Source: Andalucia godoyi And28
Lineage: Eukaryota > Protista > Jakobida
Direction: 5' to 3'
Assembly: GCA_009859145.1 (NCBI GenBank)
Contig: VRVR01000044.1
Span: forward strand, 178,208-242,207
Length of the DNA stretch: 64,000 nucleotides
The notes below the pieces were generated by a model. The model searched no databases. It was not told the origin of the DNA and saw only the letters and a list, made by a program, of their open reading frames with translations. Made by a program: the position numbers and the translations under genes. Of this stretch, positions 38,394-49,732 are shown piece after piece (the stretch's first letter is position 1; each line of letters opens with the position of its first letter).

Positions 38394-40268
38394 CTACACA
38401 TGACTGTCAGGCCGGCTCAAAGACCGCTGGGACTCCATTCGATCTTGACGCACTGTGCGGACGACGTACACGAGCGTCAGACAGATTGAAATAAAAAGCG
38501 TGACTGCAAGAATACTGAAAAAGGGAGTGATGGATTGCTCCTCTTGAAAAGGGACCTTGACGTTCATTCCAAATGCAGACGTCACAACCGTAAGCGGCAG
38601 ACAACCGGTTCCGACGATTCCGAGCCGTCGCATCCAGTTGTTGGTGGCCTGCGAAGACTCGGCGACGGCGATGGACACGCGTGCAAGATAGTTTGAGTGC
38701 GCCTGGTTCAGGATTTCTCGCGACGTGTCGATCTTCTGAATGCAAGAATTGACATGATCCAGCACATCTCGCAAATACAATCTTGTTTCCTGCGACAGAT
38801 GGGGTTCTGGCTGGGTGGACGGAGTGCCGGGAATTGCATCAAGGCTCTTGGAAATATTGCGCACTTCACCGTTACCTTGCACAGAAGCCATCGAGACTAC
38901 ATCTGACGAGGACGGCACAAACTGCATGGCTGGCGTAGCCAACGATTTAGTACTCGTTAAGAAGGTCGCAAGCTTTTGCTTTCCTGTGAGGATGCGCCGC
39001 AGAATTGTCAGTTTCTTTCGGACAGTACCGATGCGCAGCAGCAAGTCCGAATGCTCGGATTCGGAAAGCAAGAACACGAGCTCCTCGATGGATTCGCATT
39101 CGTCGAGCATTGCATCCGAAAGTGGGATGCAATCATCCACAAACGAGTCCAAGAAGGTATACAATACATATGAAGGATGCGCAAAATCGGCAAGCACGCT
39201 CTGCACCACGGTGCTTAATGCCTTGATCGGCCGCGGATGGATGGTCACACACGCTTTGGGAGTGAGAATCAAGTGCAGGGAGACACCGTCGTCAAATATC
39301 TCCTCATCGAGGCCCTGCACCGTGAGAACGACAAAGGAGTAGTTCTGCAGGGGGAAGTTTTCAAACTTTTCGGAAGAATCAAAATCCAGGCAGTCCTCTG
39401 TTGTGAGTTCATGCAGCGAAAACAGCTGCTCAATATAAGAAAAGTCCTGCCCTTCGGGTGCTTGGATATCGATCCAAAAAGGAGCAGTGATCCCAAGTCC
39501 CACCCCCAACCGAGATGCGCGGATTTCGTCCACACACGCACGGCAGGAATCAAAGTACTTTGGTGTTCCGAGCAGCCGAGACACCAGCATGGCTCTCGTT
39601 CCTGGCATTCTCATCATGCTTGTAACGTCATTCTGCAACCGCTTTGAGGATCTCATCATCGACGACGACCGAGGAGATACGGCGTGTTCTGCAATTGTAT
39701 TCCTGCACAGCCTTTCCGTCTCTCCGTTTTCGCCAGACGACGCCACGCTTCGAATCTCTGCATACTTCAACGGGCTTTCCTCTGCAAATGACGCAGCGCC
39801 ATGTCCATCACTGTCTAACGAGCGTGGAACGGCGTGATTCGGAGGGGGAATGGCCTGACCAGGCTCGATTGCAATCATGACCATGTCCGGAGCAGCGTGT
39901 GCATTGCCATCGTGATTTAGAGGATGGAGCTGGGAATGGGGATGGGAAGAGTGGTGAAGCGGGTGGTGAGGATGCCCGAGAAGAGTGTCTCCATTTTGCG
40001 AGTCCAGATTGGAGTCGGTTTCGGAATCAAGGAAAAAAAAGGAGGGCGCTTCAGAATGGGCAAACGGAGATCGTGGTACACCCACCGGGCTCTCGGATCT
40101 CGGGTTGTTCGGAAGTGGAGCAGGGTCTGCACTCTCAGCCGCAGCATTCTGGTTCGGAACAGACGCAGACGCTGCTGGCGATGCAGTCGTCGAGGCAACG
40201 GGCAAAGATGAATCAGATGTCATGTCTAGCAGCGGTCGCATATGTGCTGATGAGTCTCTATCCGTCAT
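38394..40268 (-). CDS. CorA-family Mg2+ transporter (ALR1/MNR2-like)
   Basis: FWIDIQAP, LHELTTEDC, EKFENF, YLRDVLDH, and the TM signature LPLTVVTSAFGMNVKVP (GMN). Confidence 0.93.
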   Translation of the reverse strand: MTDRDSSAHMRPLLDMTSDSSLPVASTTASPAASASVPNQNAAAESADPAPLPNNPRSESPVGVPRSPFAHSEAPSFFFLDSETDSNLDSQNGDTLLGHPHHPLHHSSHPHSQLHPLNHDGNAHAAPDMVMIAIEPGQAIPPPNHAVPRSLDSDGHGAASFAEESPLKYAEIRSVASSGENGETERLCRNTIAEHAVSPRSSSMMRSSKRLQNDVTSMMRMPGTRAMLVSRLLGTPKYFDSCRACVDEIRASRLGVGLGITAPFWIDIQAPEGQDFSYIEQLFSLHELTTEDCLDFDSSEKFENFPLQNYSFVVLTVQGLDEEIFDDGVSLHLILTPKACVTIHPRPIKALSTVVQSVLADFAHPSYVLYTFLDSFVDDCIPLSDAMLDECESIEELVFLLSESEHSDLLLRIGTVRKKLTILRRILTGKQKLATFLTSTKSLATPAMQFVPSSSDVVSMASVQGNGEVRNISKSLDAIPGTPSTQPEPHLSQETRLYLRDVLDHVNSCIQKIDTSREILNQAHSNYLARVSIAVAESSQATNNWMRRLGIVGTGCLPLTVVTSAFGMNVKVPFQEEQSITPFFSILAVTLFISICLTLVYVVRTVRQDRMESQRSLSRPDSHV

Positions 40269-40448
40269 GAAAGCACAACGAACAAAAATCCTTGCGAAGC
40301 GCCAGACACCCAAGACGGATACAAGACGGCCGTGGATGGAGATGTCGGGAGAACGAACAAAAAAAAAACAGGCGTTGATGTTTCGTGAAAACCGCGAAAC
40401 GTGGTGTTACTGCTGGAGAGGCAGACACGCGGTAGACGGGAATGTTCA

Positions 40449-40530
40449 GGCGCTTTGGCCGAGTTGGTTATGGCGGTAGACTAAGGATCTGCTCTCTTCG
40501 GAGGCGAGGGTTCGAGTCCCTCAGGCGTCA
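40449..40530 (+). tRNA. tRNA-Leu (anticodon AAG), 82 nt with variable arm
   Basis: Acceptor GGCGCTT/AGGCGTC-A, D arm TGGCCGAGTTGGTTATGGC, anticodon arm GTAGA-CTAAGGA-TCTGC, T arm GAGGG-TTCGAGT-CCCTC, followed by a T-run Pol III terminator. Confidence 0.95.
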
Positions 40531-40878
40531 TGGTAATTTTTTCCCCTCCTTTTTCCCTCTTCAAGGCTCCAACCCTTTTTTTTGGCCCAATGTCAGCAGA
40601 ACTGTCATTCCCGCCACCATCCGAGATACAAACAACCATTATATCAAAAGAAAACAGACTGGATAAGAAGCTCCAACTCGTTCAATTTCCTCCCAAACCC
40701 AAAACAAACACACACCTTTTAAAACAGCTTTCCTTGGGTTTTTCTTTTCTTTTCTTCCCCCTTTCTTTTATTTGCATATCTGGCCTTTCTTCTCCACGCT
40801 CTTCTTTCATTCTACTGCCACTTCTTCTTCTTCGTCGTCTTTTGTTCCCCTTCGACTTTCTCAGCACCACCAACGGCG

Positions 40879-43800
40879 ATGGCAAACTCTAAATATAGTG
40901 ACATCCTTGACGTATGATTTTTCTTCCCCGTTCATCCTTTTTCCTGCTCTGTTCGGCTTCACTGCGTCATTGCATTTGGACTTCATGTTTTCTTTCTTTC
41001 TTTCTTTCTTTCTTTCATTTTTGATTAGTATTATTTATTCAAATATTTACGTTTTGACACCATGTGAACCTGCATTATACTCATACCGTTTAAATGTATT
41101 TATATGTATATGTATATGTATATGCATACGTATTGATTGATTGGTTGGAATGGGCAGGTTGATCTATGTCGAGCAGGAGCACCCGCAGTGCTTCCCGAGA
41201 CTCTGAGGAGCGTATCTGAGCTTGCGGGTTCGATTGTATTGCAGATTCAACGCGTGAAGAACATTTCAAAGCCGCAGCGAATTGCGGATGTGGATACGTT
41301 TACTCCGTCGGGGTTTGAAGACTTGTCGGAAGCGAGCGCGTCGCAGACTGCTCGGGGAAAAGGGGTTGTGCTGGTGAGATTGACGGATGGGACGAATCGA
41401 GTCGAAGGAATTTTGCTGCGACAGATTGCCAAACTGGACGAGGCGACGCTGCCGGGCACGAAGCTGTTGGTTGAGAATGCGCCGGTCCGAAACGGATTCT
41501 TGTTGCTGGAACCGAAGAACACAAAGGTGCTTGGAGGGAGGGTGAGGGAGATGATCCAGGCGTACAAACATGAGAAGGAAATGAGGTTGATCAAGCGCTT
41601 GGACCACAAGCAAGAAGAAGGACCACCGTCCTTTGTGCCTATCGTTCCGCAGCAGCAGCAGCCGCAGCCGCAACCGCAGGATTCTTCCAAGGCGATTGCA
41701 GTTAAGGAACTACCGCCAAAGAAAAACGCTCCAAAACACGCGAATGGCCAGGCGGCTCCGCTGCCAAGAAATGTGCCTTCCGCGGTCCCGGCTTCCGAGA
41801 GTGATGCCCCAAGTGCCCCAGTTGCTCCTGCCTCGGTTGTTTCTCGTTCGGCTTCGTCTGCAAGAGCACTTGCGAACGACGGCAGATCGTCCAAGACTGA
41901 TCGCAGACAGTCAGCGGCACCCGTATCTGCGTCTGCTTTGTCCTTGTCCTTGTCCTCTTCTTCTTCCTCCTCCTCCTCCTCATCATCATCATCATCTTCC
42001 TCGTCTTCTTTTCCGCAAACAACATCATCTTCGGGTGCGTTAGTACCTGCATTCACTCCTAACCAGCCCGATGCTGTAACTCCAGTCGTTCCCGGCCTGA
42101 CTGCCCGAAAATCCAAGATGCAAAAACAAGATCGCAACGCATCCTCCACATCAGTTGCATCACCGTCACCGTCAAGTGCGATTCTGGAAATTCAAAGTCA
42201 GAAGAATGACCGCGCTGTCGTCGATACGACGGCATCAACATCCACGGCTGGCGGTGCGCCCTCCAAGCCAGCGAAGGCTGCTTCGGCGGACGGTTCTAGA
42301 ACAAGTCAGAAGTCGTTGTCACATACAGGGCGTATTACGGATTCGGATGCTGATATGCCCACACCATCTCCTGTGCCTCAAAAAGACATGCCGGGCGCCG
42401 ACGACCAAGTTCTCCGCTCGAAAGCGAAGAAGACGGGGAAACGGTCCACGGGGGCGCCTGCGCTGGTTCCTTCCGGGGAAATTGCTGGTGCTGGTGCTTC
42501 GCAGACGTCTGCGACTACGGAAGTCCACGAAGGCAAGAAACATGACGCGATTCCCGTCTTGTCGGATGCACGAGTCGAAAAACGTCGTGATCGAAATAGT
42601 GCGAGCAATGTCAGTTCTTCCACGTCCGCGTCCGCACCAGTTTCATTTCCAGTTCCAGTTCCAGTTCCGGCTCCAGCTCTGGTTCCTGTCCCGGTTCCTG
42701 TCCCGGCTCCCGCTCTCGCCGCTTCGTTGCTGTCGCCTGTTGCGCCTTCTACTCGGCAGGAGAACGAGAAGACTCAGGTGCAACCGCAGAGCCGCAAAAA
42801 AGCCAAACAACAAAGCGGCACTTCAAGACCAAACGATGCACCAGACTACTCAAACTGTGCTGTCAGTTTCCAAGAGGGAAAACAGTCCCGCGTTGTTCCT
42901 CGCGGATTGGAACCGGCTTCCAGCGTTCCACTCGGAAGCGCATCGAAGAATTCTGAAGGCGAGGTGAGGATGAGCGTGTCGGGAGATGGGAGCGGAATGA
43001 AGAAACCGGGCCAGAAAGACAGAGGCATGTTTTCTGGGAGACCTGGACAATCCGCTGACTCCGAGCTGACATTATCTGCATCTTCGCTCACTAGTTCTGG
43101 CAGTGTTTCCGCTTCCTCCATGTCTCAGAGAGGAGGCATAGCGGGCTCTGTCGGCGATAAGCCTCGGGAAAAATCGAAAGACTGGGCGCAGCGGCACAGT
43201 CGTGGCGACGTTTCACATGCAGCCTCTGGAAAGGGTCAGGATCAGCACTTCGCTGAGGGGGCACGGCGTGGCGATGCATCTACAGGGTTCGCGATGTCAG
43301 AGTCGAAGCGCAATTTACAGTCCCAGCAATTCCAGACTCAGCACCACGAGGTGCCTGCGACCGCTTCTCGAGAATCCTTTATAAGTGATAGTGTTCACGC
43401 ATCAGTCATCGATCGGTTTGGGGGACTGAATCTTACCCATACTGCGGACACGCTTTCTGGCATGATGCCGATGTCCGGTGTCATTGCAAATGCATCCAGC
43501 CCATCGTTTGCGGCAACGTCTTCTGCGCCTCTGGCATCTTCTCGGAAAATTTTGCGCGACAGGTCCTCCTCAAATGCCGAAAATGTCGCGTGCTACGTAG
43601 ACGGCATGTTTTTTGTTGTCAACGACCGCATTCAGATGGTCGAGCTGCATGTGCAATTGCGGGTGTTCGAATCTGAGCGCGTCATTGAATGCGTTGTGGA
43701 CACTTCTCTGTACCATATCTTGCTTTGTGGTCTCACACCGGATCACGTCTCGATGCAGATGGAGCTGCCCACATTTCAGGACACAATGTCACGTCACTTA

Positions 43801-44067
43801 CACGATTGTGTTCGTCGTTTTGAAGCCATCCAATTTGGATCTCCATTGATGTTCACAATCCAGAATCGCGGTCCGTCCGAGTTACCGTTACTGGTGTATG
43901 TTTACCTTCCGGCGCACGCAGTCATGTCCTCACCAATTATTTCCGGATATCCCGTGGCTACGACACCGATGACATCTGCTTCCATTCCTTCTGCTTTTAC
44001 AATGTCTACGTACATGTACTCGGATTCTTTCCCGTCATTCAGCTACGGATATCCTTCTCAAGACTAA
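40879..44067 (+). CDS. RMI1/TDRD3-type OB-fold protein; probable exons 40879-40911 and 41158-44067
   Basis: GSIVLQIQRVKNISKP, VRLTDG, PGTKLLV..APVRNGFLLLEPKNTKVLGGRV (RMI1_N/TDRD3 OB fold). The 5' exon is inferred from GTATGA...GGCAG sites. Confidence 0.8.
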
Positions 44068-44260
44068 ATGAAAAGAGAAGGAGCATAAGAATAAGAAGAA
44101 TAAGAATAATGATAATGACAGCAATGATAAATAAAATAAGCGAGTAAAAATAAATAAATAAAACATTGGGGGCGGGGAGGAAATGCTGTTGTTATTCTGT
44201 AATTAATGTACACGGTGAAGTGCAGCGGGAAACACACTGAGTCCTCGCCATGCTCGATCC

Positions 44261-47200
44261 TCACAGCCGTGGCGATCCTCTTGCGTCCTGATTCACCATC
44301 TCGATCTCGTTTTGACAATCCACATCCGCGTCAGAACTGCTCTTGTCGGAGCCGACAATCAGCGGTTGATTCAGCGTGTATGACATGGACATGGACATCT
44401 TCGCACTGGAGGTCCGGTTTGGATGCATGATCGCGTATGTGAGTTGATAGACCAAAATCCCAAATACCGATAGGACGAACAAAAGGTTCACACAAAAGAG
44501 AGCAACTCCAACATCCTCGCCGTTCGAAACAGACGCAGCACGGAACGACTGCGACACGCACAGGTTAACAAGCAAGATACTGAGACCAATGACTTCAGCA
44601 CCATTGTCAATTTGCAGCCGAAACGGCATAAAAAGAACCTGGAAGACTAAAGATGCTGCAAAAATCGACGAGATCATCAACGGGCTGAACACCGAAGTGG
44701 TCGGGATCAACAGAAACGCGAAAAGCAACAAAACCCTGCGCAGCGTGATGACAAGTTCCCAGTACCGGCTACCATCCCTGTAGGACGAGAACAAAATATT
44801 AAAGATTTTGCGTCTGGCCAAGGCACTCGGTGCGTCGCCAGCAAGCACGCGAGCCTTCACGTACAATGCAAGGAAAACGGGCGCCAACAGAACGTACACT
44901 ACAACAACCGTTGCGCAAATATAGCGGAACGTATTGTTGCACTGCTCGTATGGCCGCTGGGAAAAGTAGTCCTGATGCAGACCAGGATCATGATCGCACA
45001 TGAGTGACGAAATTGCAGTTTCGGAAGTTGGGAAATACATTATGAAAAAAATAGCGACAACGGCTCGAATACAGCGATGATTCCACATAATGTGCGAATT
45101 CGATCTTCGGAGCAACGGAGCAAAGAATACATTGCCTACGACGTAGACTAGAAGAACGCACAAAGAAGCCAGGAAGGGAAGGACGAGGGAGGCAATAAAT
45201 TCAGAAATAAGAGTCCAATTGTCGAAAAAGCATTCCGGCCCTGGAATAGTAAACGGGGACGATGCGCTCGAAGAAACGAGGGCCAGTGACCGCGGTAACG
45301 GGACGTCGATTGCGTACAGCATCTGCAGAAAGAACACAAGGACCTTGAAGAGACCCGACGAATCAGATCCAATTACCAGGCAGATGGCAATCAGCACGAC
45401 GAAAATAAACACAATGACGATACCGAATGCAACCAAATATCCTCCCGTGGGGCACTGAAAGCACAGTCCATGGAAATTAAAGTACGAGTCGGAGCACTTG
45501 GAGCACAGACGTTCTTCATAGCCCACCGCACAAACCCGAAAGAAATTGTTTTCCGCCGATCCAGCACAAGGCGTCAGGTCTGTGCCGAAATGCGAGCATC
45601 GAAGAAAATCCACGGCGGCACAGGAACCAAGTAATTGGGACACTTCATCGCACGGAGGTGTTATCCACCACCCCCGTTTCGCCGAGATCCATCCGCTGTA
45701 ATTCCAGACAGAGATACCATAGTCTGCGATGGAGGAGCTGTCCACAGAAAGAAATCCAGGGCATTCTGCTTGGTCGGGCATGCACGGTTGGCAGAAAGGG
45801 GGCTTTCCGTAGTACCCAGAGACACAGAAGCAATTCCGATATGAAAAATACTCTGGGGGGATTTCGACGTTCACAGTGTTCTTTTTCGCGATGGCCTGCA
45901 AGCAGCTGTATGAGCCATGTTGAATGGAAACAGATGAAAAGGAGATAAATTCGTCAATGCGATCCAGCTCTGCAATCATTGACGTGTTTTGCAAGTTAAG
46001 AACAGACAGCACAGACAGGGTCTTGAAATCGAAAATCGGCCCTGTCAACAACGGATTTGATGATAAATCCACAACCTCCAACCCAGGGAACCAGGTTTTC
46101 AACAAGGATTGCACCGTTTGTGATGTCACGTACGGACTCTCATTGAAGTTAATTGAATCTACGTATTCGGTACGCAATCCGCAATCGTCCATTTCCAACG
46201 AGTACAGGAAGCTGTTCGTCGTATCGCATATGACGATACTGTCATGATCCGAATTTTGAACCAGCAATTTTCCCATATCCGTAATAGTGTTTCCTCCGAG
46301 ATCAATCACATTCAGCGTCCGCGATAACACGTTGCACGGATTCAACGGAAACGAGCCGACCAACAGATTATCGGAGACATCGAGACTTTGAACTGTTTCA
46401 TGTTTTCGCAGGAAATCTTGAATGTCGTCAAATGTCCCATTGATGCGGTTGAACGACAAGTCTAGGGTCAGCAAAAAGGGAAATGACGACGAAAGATTCC
46501 TCCAAGGGAAAAAAGATAAATTGTTGGAGGCCAAGGACAGAATTCGCAGACTCGACATCGGCTGCGGGCAAGCAGAAATGGACGAAAAATAGTTCCCTGC
46601 AAAATTCGCCACCACGATTCCCGTGCATGCACAAAAACTGGAGGGAATCCGACCGCTGAAATTGTTGTAGGAAAGATCAACGATATTCATGTTGTCCCAA
46701 TTCCTGAAGAGCGAGTCATCGAGATTTCCAGAGAAGCTGTTGAGAGCCAAATTCAAAACAACTAACGACTGGATATGGGACAACGAAGACAATTCAATGC
46801 TTGTAAACTTATTCAACGAAACATCAAACCTCCTCAAGAGCGTCAAGTTGGAAAAGTCTACTCCTAGCGCGCCTCCAAAAAGGTTACTGAACGCCGTAAT
46901 TGTATGCAAATTCACCAATTTGGATATTTCCACGGGGAACGTTCCAGTGAATAGGTTCATAGCGACGTTGATGTCCGTCAGTGACGTCAGGTTTCCAATG
47001 TTCTTGTCCAGAGTGCCTTCAAATGAATTATCAGAAAGATATAGAATTCTCAAAGACTGAAGGGAATACAGAGTCTGCGGCAAGGGTCCACTGAAACTGT
47101 TCGACGTCAGCGACAAATCTTCCAACACACGCATAGAGCCGATGCTGGAAGGCAGCGGTCCAGAGAATGAATTTGAAGATAAACTCAGTGTTACCAGGCT

Positions 47201-48109
47201 ACGGAGATTGCCCACGCAATCCGGAATAGGACCAGACATCGAGTTGCCTTCCAGATACAGGTACTGCAGGGACACAGCGTTGCAAATGGAGGGCGGGATT
47301 GTTCTGTCGAGAAGGTTGGAACTCAAGTCCAAGACAACCAGGCTGGAGAGCAACGGCAGACAGTCAGGGATGCTCGTGCTGAATTCATTCGATGACAAGT
47401 ACAAGTACTGCAACAAGATGATCGGGCAAACGAAGTAGTCAATGTTGTCTCCAACCAGCTGATTAAAGGAAAGGTCGACGTACGAGAGCTGGACCAGCTT
47501 GGAAAAAGATGCAGGGACTTGACCACTCAACGAATTAGTCAAGAAGGACAGGTAAATGAGAGAAGAGAGATTGCCAATGGAAGCTGGTATTCCGCCGGAC
47601 AGCTTGTTGAATGACAAGTCCAAGGACACCAAGGATGTCATGCCGCCGAAGGAATCCGGGATCGGACCGCGGATCCCATTCGACTGCAGATTGAGGATTT
47701 CAAGGGCATTCAAATGACCAATCGACGACGGCAGAAATCCCACCAGATTATTGCTACCAAGACTGAGCTCCGTCACCCGGAGGTCCTGGTCGCATCGGAT
47801 ACCGTATGCTCGACAGTGCTGACCGTCATTGAGCAGCGGCCATCGAGACGAATTTCGCCACAAATACCCACTCGTCGCATAAAACAGATCGTTCAACGCC
47901 GCAACGTCCGTAGCGCTCGATCCAGGAAGCGTTCTCAAGGCATCCGATGCACGCGCACGCGCATGCATGCGCACATGCGCTTGCAGCTTAGAAGCCACTG
48001 CAGAGCCTTGGTTTCGCCGAGACAAGGAGTCGAGCGCTTCGTGAGAATGACATAAACACGCGAGAAACACAAATACCAGAACTCCTGCGCACGCAGCTCG
48101 GTTCCTCAT
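44261..48109 (-). CDS. LRR receptor-like protein: signal peptide, plant-type LRRs, Cys-rich linker, ~7 TM C-terminal domain
   Basis: LxLxxNxLxGxIP repeats, CAVGYEERLCSKC, multiple TM helices ending PFRLQIDNGAE. Confidence 0.9.
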   Translation of the reverse strand: MRNRAACAGVLVFVFLACLCHSHEALDSLSRRNQGSAVASKLQAHVRMHARARASDALRTLPGSSATDVAALNDLFYATSGYLWRNSSRWPLLNDGQHCRAYGIRCDQDLRVTELSLGSNNLVGFLPSSIGHLNALEILNLQSNGIRGPIPDSFGGMTSLVSLDLSFNKLSGGIPASIGNLSSLIYLSFLTNSLSGQVPASFSKLVQLSYVDLSFNQLVGDNIDYFVCPIILLQYLYLSSNEFSTSIPDCLPLLSSLVVLDLSSNLLDRTIPPSICNAVSLQYLYLEGNSMSGPIPDCVGNLRSLVTLSLSSNSFSGPLPSSIGSMRVLEDLSLTSNSFSGPLPQTLYSLQSLRILYLSDNSFEGTLDKNIGNLTSLTDINVAMNLFTGTFPVEISKLVNLHTITAFSNLFGGALGVDFSNLTLLRRFDVSLNKFTSIELSSLSHIQSLVVLNLALNSFSGNLDDSLFRNWDNMNIVDLSYNNFSGRIPSSFCACTGIVVANFAGNYFSSISACPQPMSSLRILSLASNNLSFFPWRNLSSSFPFLLTLDLSFNRINGTFDDIQDFLRKHETVQSLDVSDNLLVGSFPLNPCNVLSRTLNVIDLGGNTITDMGKLLVQNSDHDSIVICDTTNSFLYSLEMDDCGLRTEYVDSINFNESPYVTSQTVQSLLKTWFPGLEVVDLSSNPLLTGPIFDFKTLSVLSVLNLQNTSMIAELDRIDEFISFSSVSIQHGSYSCLQAIAKKNTVNVEIPPEYFSYRNCFCVSGYYGKPPFCQPCMPDQAECPGFLSVDSSSIADYGISVWNYSGWISAKRGWWITPPCDEVSQLLGSCAAVDFLRCSHFGTDLTPCAGSAENNFFRVCAVGYEERLCSKCSDSYFNFHGLCFQCPTGGYLVAFGIVIVFIFVVLIAICLVIGSDSSGLFKVLVFFLQMLYAIDVPLPRSLALVSSSASSPFTIPGPECFFDNWTLISEFIASLVLPFLASLCVLLVYVVGNVFFAPLLRRSNSHIMWNHRCIRAVVAIFFIMYFPTSETAISSLMCDHDPGLHQDYFSQRPYEQCNNTFRYICATVVVVYVLLAPVFLALYVKARVLAGDAPSALARRKIFNILFSSYRDGSRYWELVITLRRVLLLFAFLLIPTTSVFSPLMISSIFAASLVFQVLFMPFRLQIDNGAEVIGLSILLVNLCVSQSFRAASVSNGEDVGVALFCVNLLFVLSVFGILVYQLTYAIMHPNRTSSAKMSMSMSYTLNQPLIVGSDKSSSDADVDCQNEIEMVNQDARGSPRL

Positions 48110-48463
48110 ATCTTGCCACGCACCCGCGCACTATATATATGCACAACAGAGATACTTGGCCAATGAACAAGAAGAAAAATCAAACAATATATTAATAAAT
48201 AAATAAATAAATAAAATAATCACATAATTATAAAAACCCTAAACAACGAATAAATTCCGCCGAGGTCGAAATATGTCGACTTTCGCCAGGAGGTCGGGTG
48301 CTCGGACTGTCCGCTTTCAATTTTTCATGGTTTTCCTTGGCATGCGGAAGCACAGACTTTTCCTGTTTTTATTTTATTTTATTTTTTCTTTTTTTTTTTT
48401 TCGATGCCTTTTCTCGTTGTGCGCGTGTGTGCAAACGGAAGGGTCTTCTGTTCGCGTTTCTTC

Positions 48464-49627
48464 ATGGAAGTGCAGAGTTCCTGGAGCGCCGAAGATGGGG
48501 ACGAAGCGACGGGGTTTCTGACGAATGCACCGGTCCTTCGTGAAGAGGTGCGATTGGCGGCGAACTCGTCATCGTCACAGTCTGCAGCTACGACAGCGTC
48601 AGCGACATCGACAGCGATGGAGGGGCACAAAATGAAGATTCCGTGGTATGCGTGGATGTCGCTTGGGATTGCTGTTTTTGCAATGTCTGCTGTCGGTCCT
48701 GCTTTCAAGTATCTTGAATCACGGGGATTGGCGCCACTGCTTGCGTCCGCATGGCGCACCCAGACGATGATTCTTTTTTTGATTCCGTGTGTCTCTGGCG
48801 AGTTCCTGTATCTCAAGTGGAGCGCAAAGAGAAATGTGTTTCGCGAGCTTTTGCTGTACCCAACTGCAGTTGCGTGCACTTGCGCGGGCGGAGTTCTCTG
48901 GGGCTTGTCGCTCGCGCTGTGGGTCTCGTCTCTGCTGTTCACCACCACCGTGCGGGCCTCGATGTTCAGCTCGCTGTATCCTGCGCTCATCGTCATTGTC
49001 TATCGGTACAGAGGCGTGAATGTGTCAAAAGGAGAAATATGCGGTGTTTCGATATCGGTATCAGGAGTCGTCCTGTCCATGACGGAAGAGTTCCTCAACT
49101 CTGCGGAGCCGTCGCCCTCCATGGCACATGGCCCAGCGTGGATCGGGGATCTCATGAACATCTTTCTGTCCGCGGTCATCTGTTGTGAGATCTTCCTCTC
49201 CGCGCATGCACGCAAGCACATTTCGCTGTTCATGTACACCTGTCTGTCCTCCATTTGTTGTTTGCTGTTCCTCGTGGTAATGTCTGGGCTGTTTGAGCAT
49301 TTCACATGGGACTCCGATCCAAAAACAGGACTGTTCGGATGGGCTGCGCACGAGTGGCTTCTACCATTGTTGGTGTTCGGCCTGATTGTTGGATGCATCG
49401 GAATCGCAGGATTCAATCTCGCAGTGCACTGGATACCACCGCTGACGTTTTCGATTGTGCAGCTTTGTGATCCCATTCTCGTCGCTTTCATGAGCTGGTG
49501 TGCATCGATCGAAGGAATTCCATCAGTTTGGACGTTTCTCGGCGGCATCGTGTTATCGGTTGGGACCGCTATTGTCGTAATTTCTGAAGACCGCCGGAAG
49601 AAGCTCGAAGCAGAGCGGGGTATCTAA
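48464..49627 (+). CDS. EamA/DMT-family transporter
   Basis: About 10 TM helices with SLLFTTTVRASMFSSLYP and FSIVQLCDPILVAF (two EamA repeats). Confidence 0.88.
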   Translation: MEVQSSWSAEDGDEATGFLTNAPVLREEVRLAANSSSSQSAATTASATSTAMEGHKMKIPWYAWMSLGIAVFAMSAVGPAFKYLESRGLAPLLASAWRTQTMILFLIPCVSGEFLYLKWSAKRNVFRELLLYPTAVACTCAGGVLWGLSLALWVSSLLFTTTVRASMFSSLYPALIVIVYRYRGVNVSKGEICGVSISVSGVVLSMTEEFLNSAEPSPSMAHGPAWIGDLMNIFLSAVICCEIFLSAHARKHISLFMYTCLSSICCLLFLVVMSGLFEHFTWDSDPKTGLFGWAAHEWLLPLLVFGLIVGCIGIAGFNLAVHWIPPLTFSIVQLCDPILVAFMSWCASIEGIPSVWTFLGGIVLSVGTAIVVISEDRRKKLEAERGI

Positions 49628-49732
49628 CACTGTGTGTGTCTGTGTGTGTGTGTGTGAGTGTATCGACGAAAATGACCGAGCTGTTTTTCCCCCCCCTTTT
49701 CTTTTCACCTTTTACCTTTTGGTATCCGCGAA

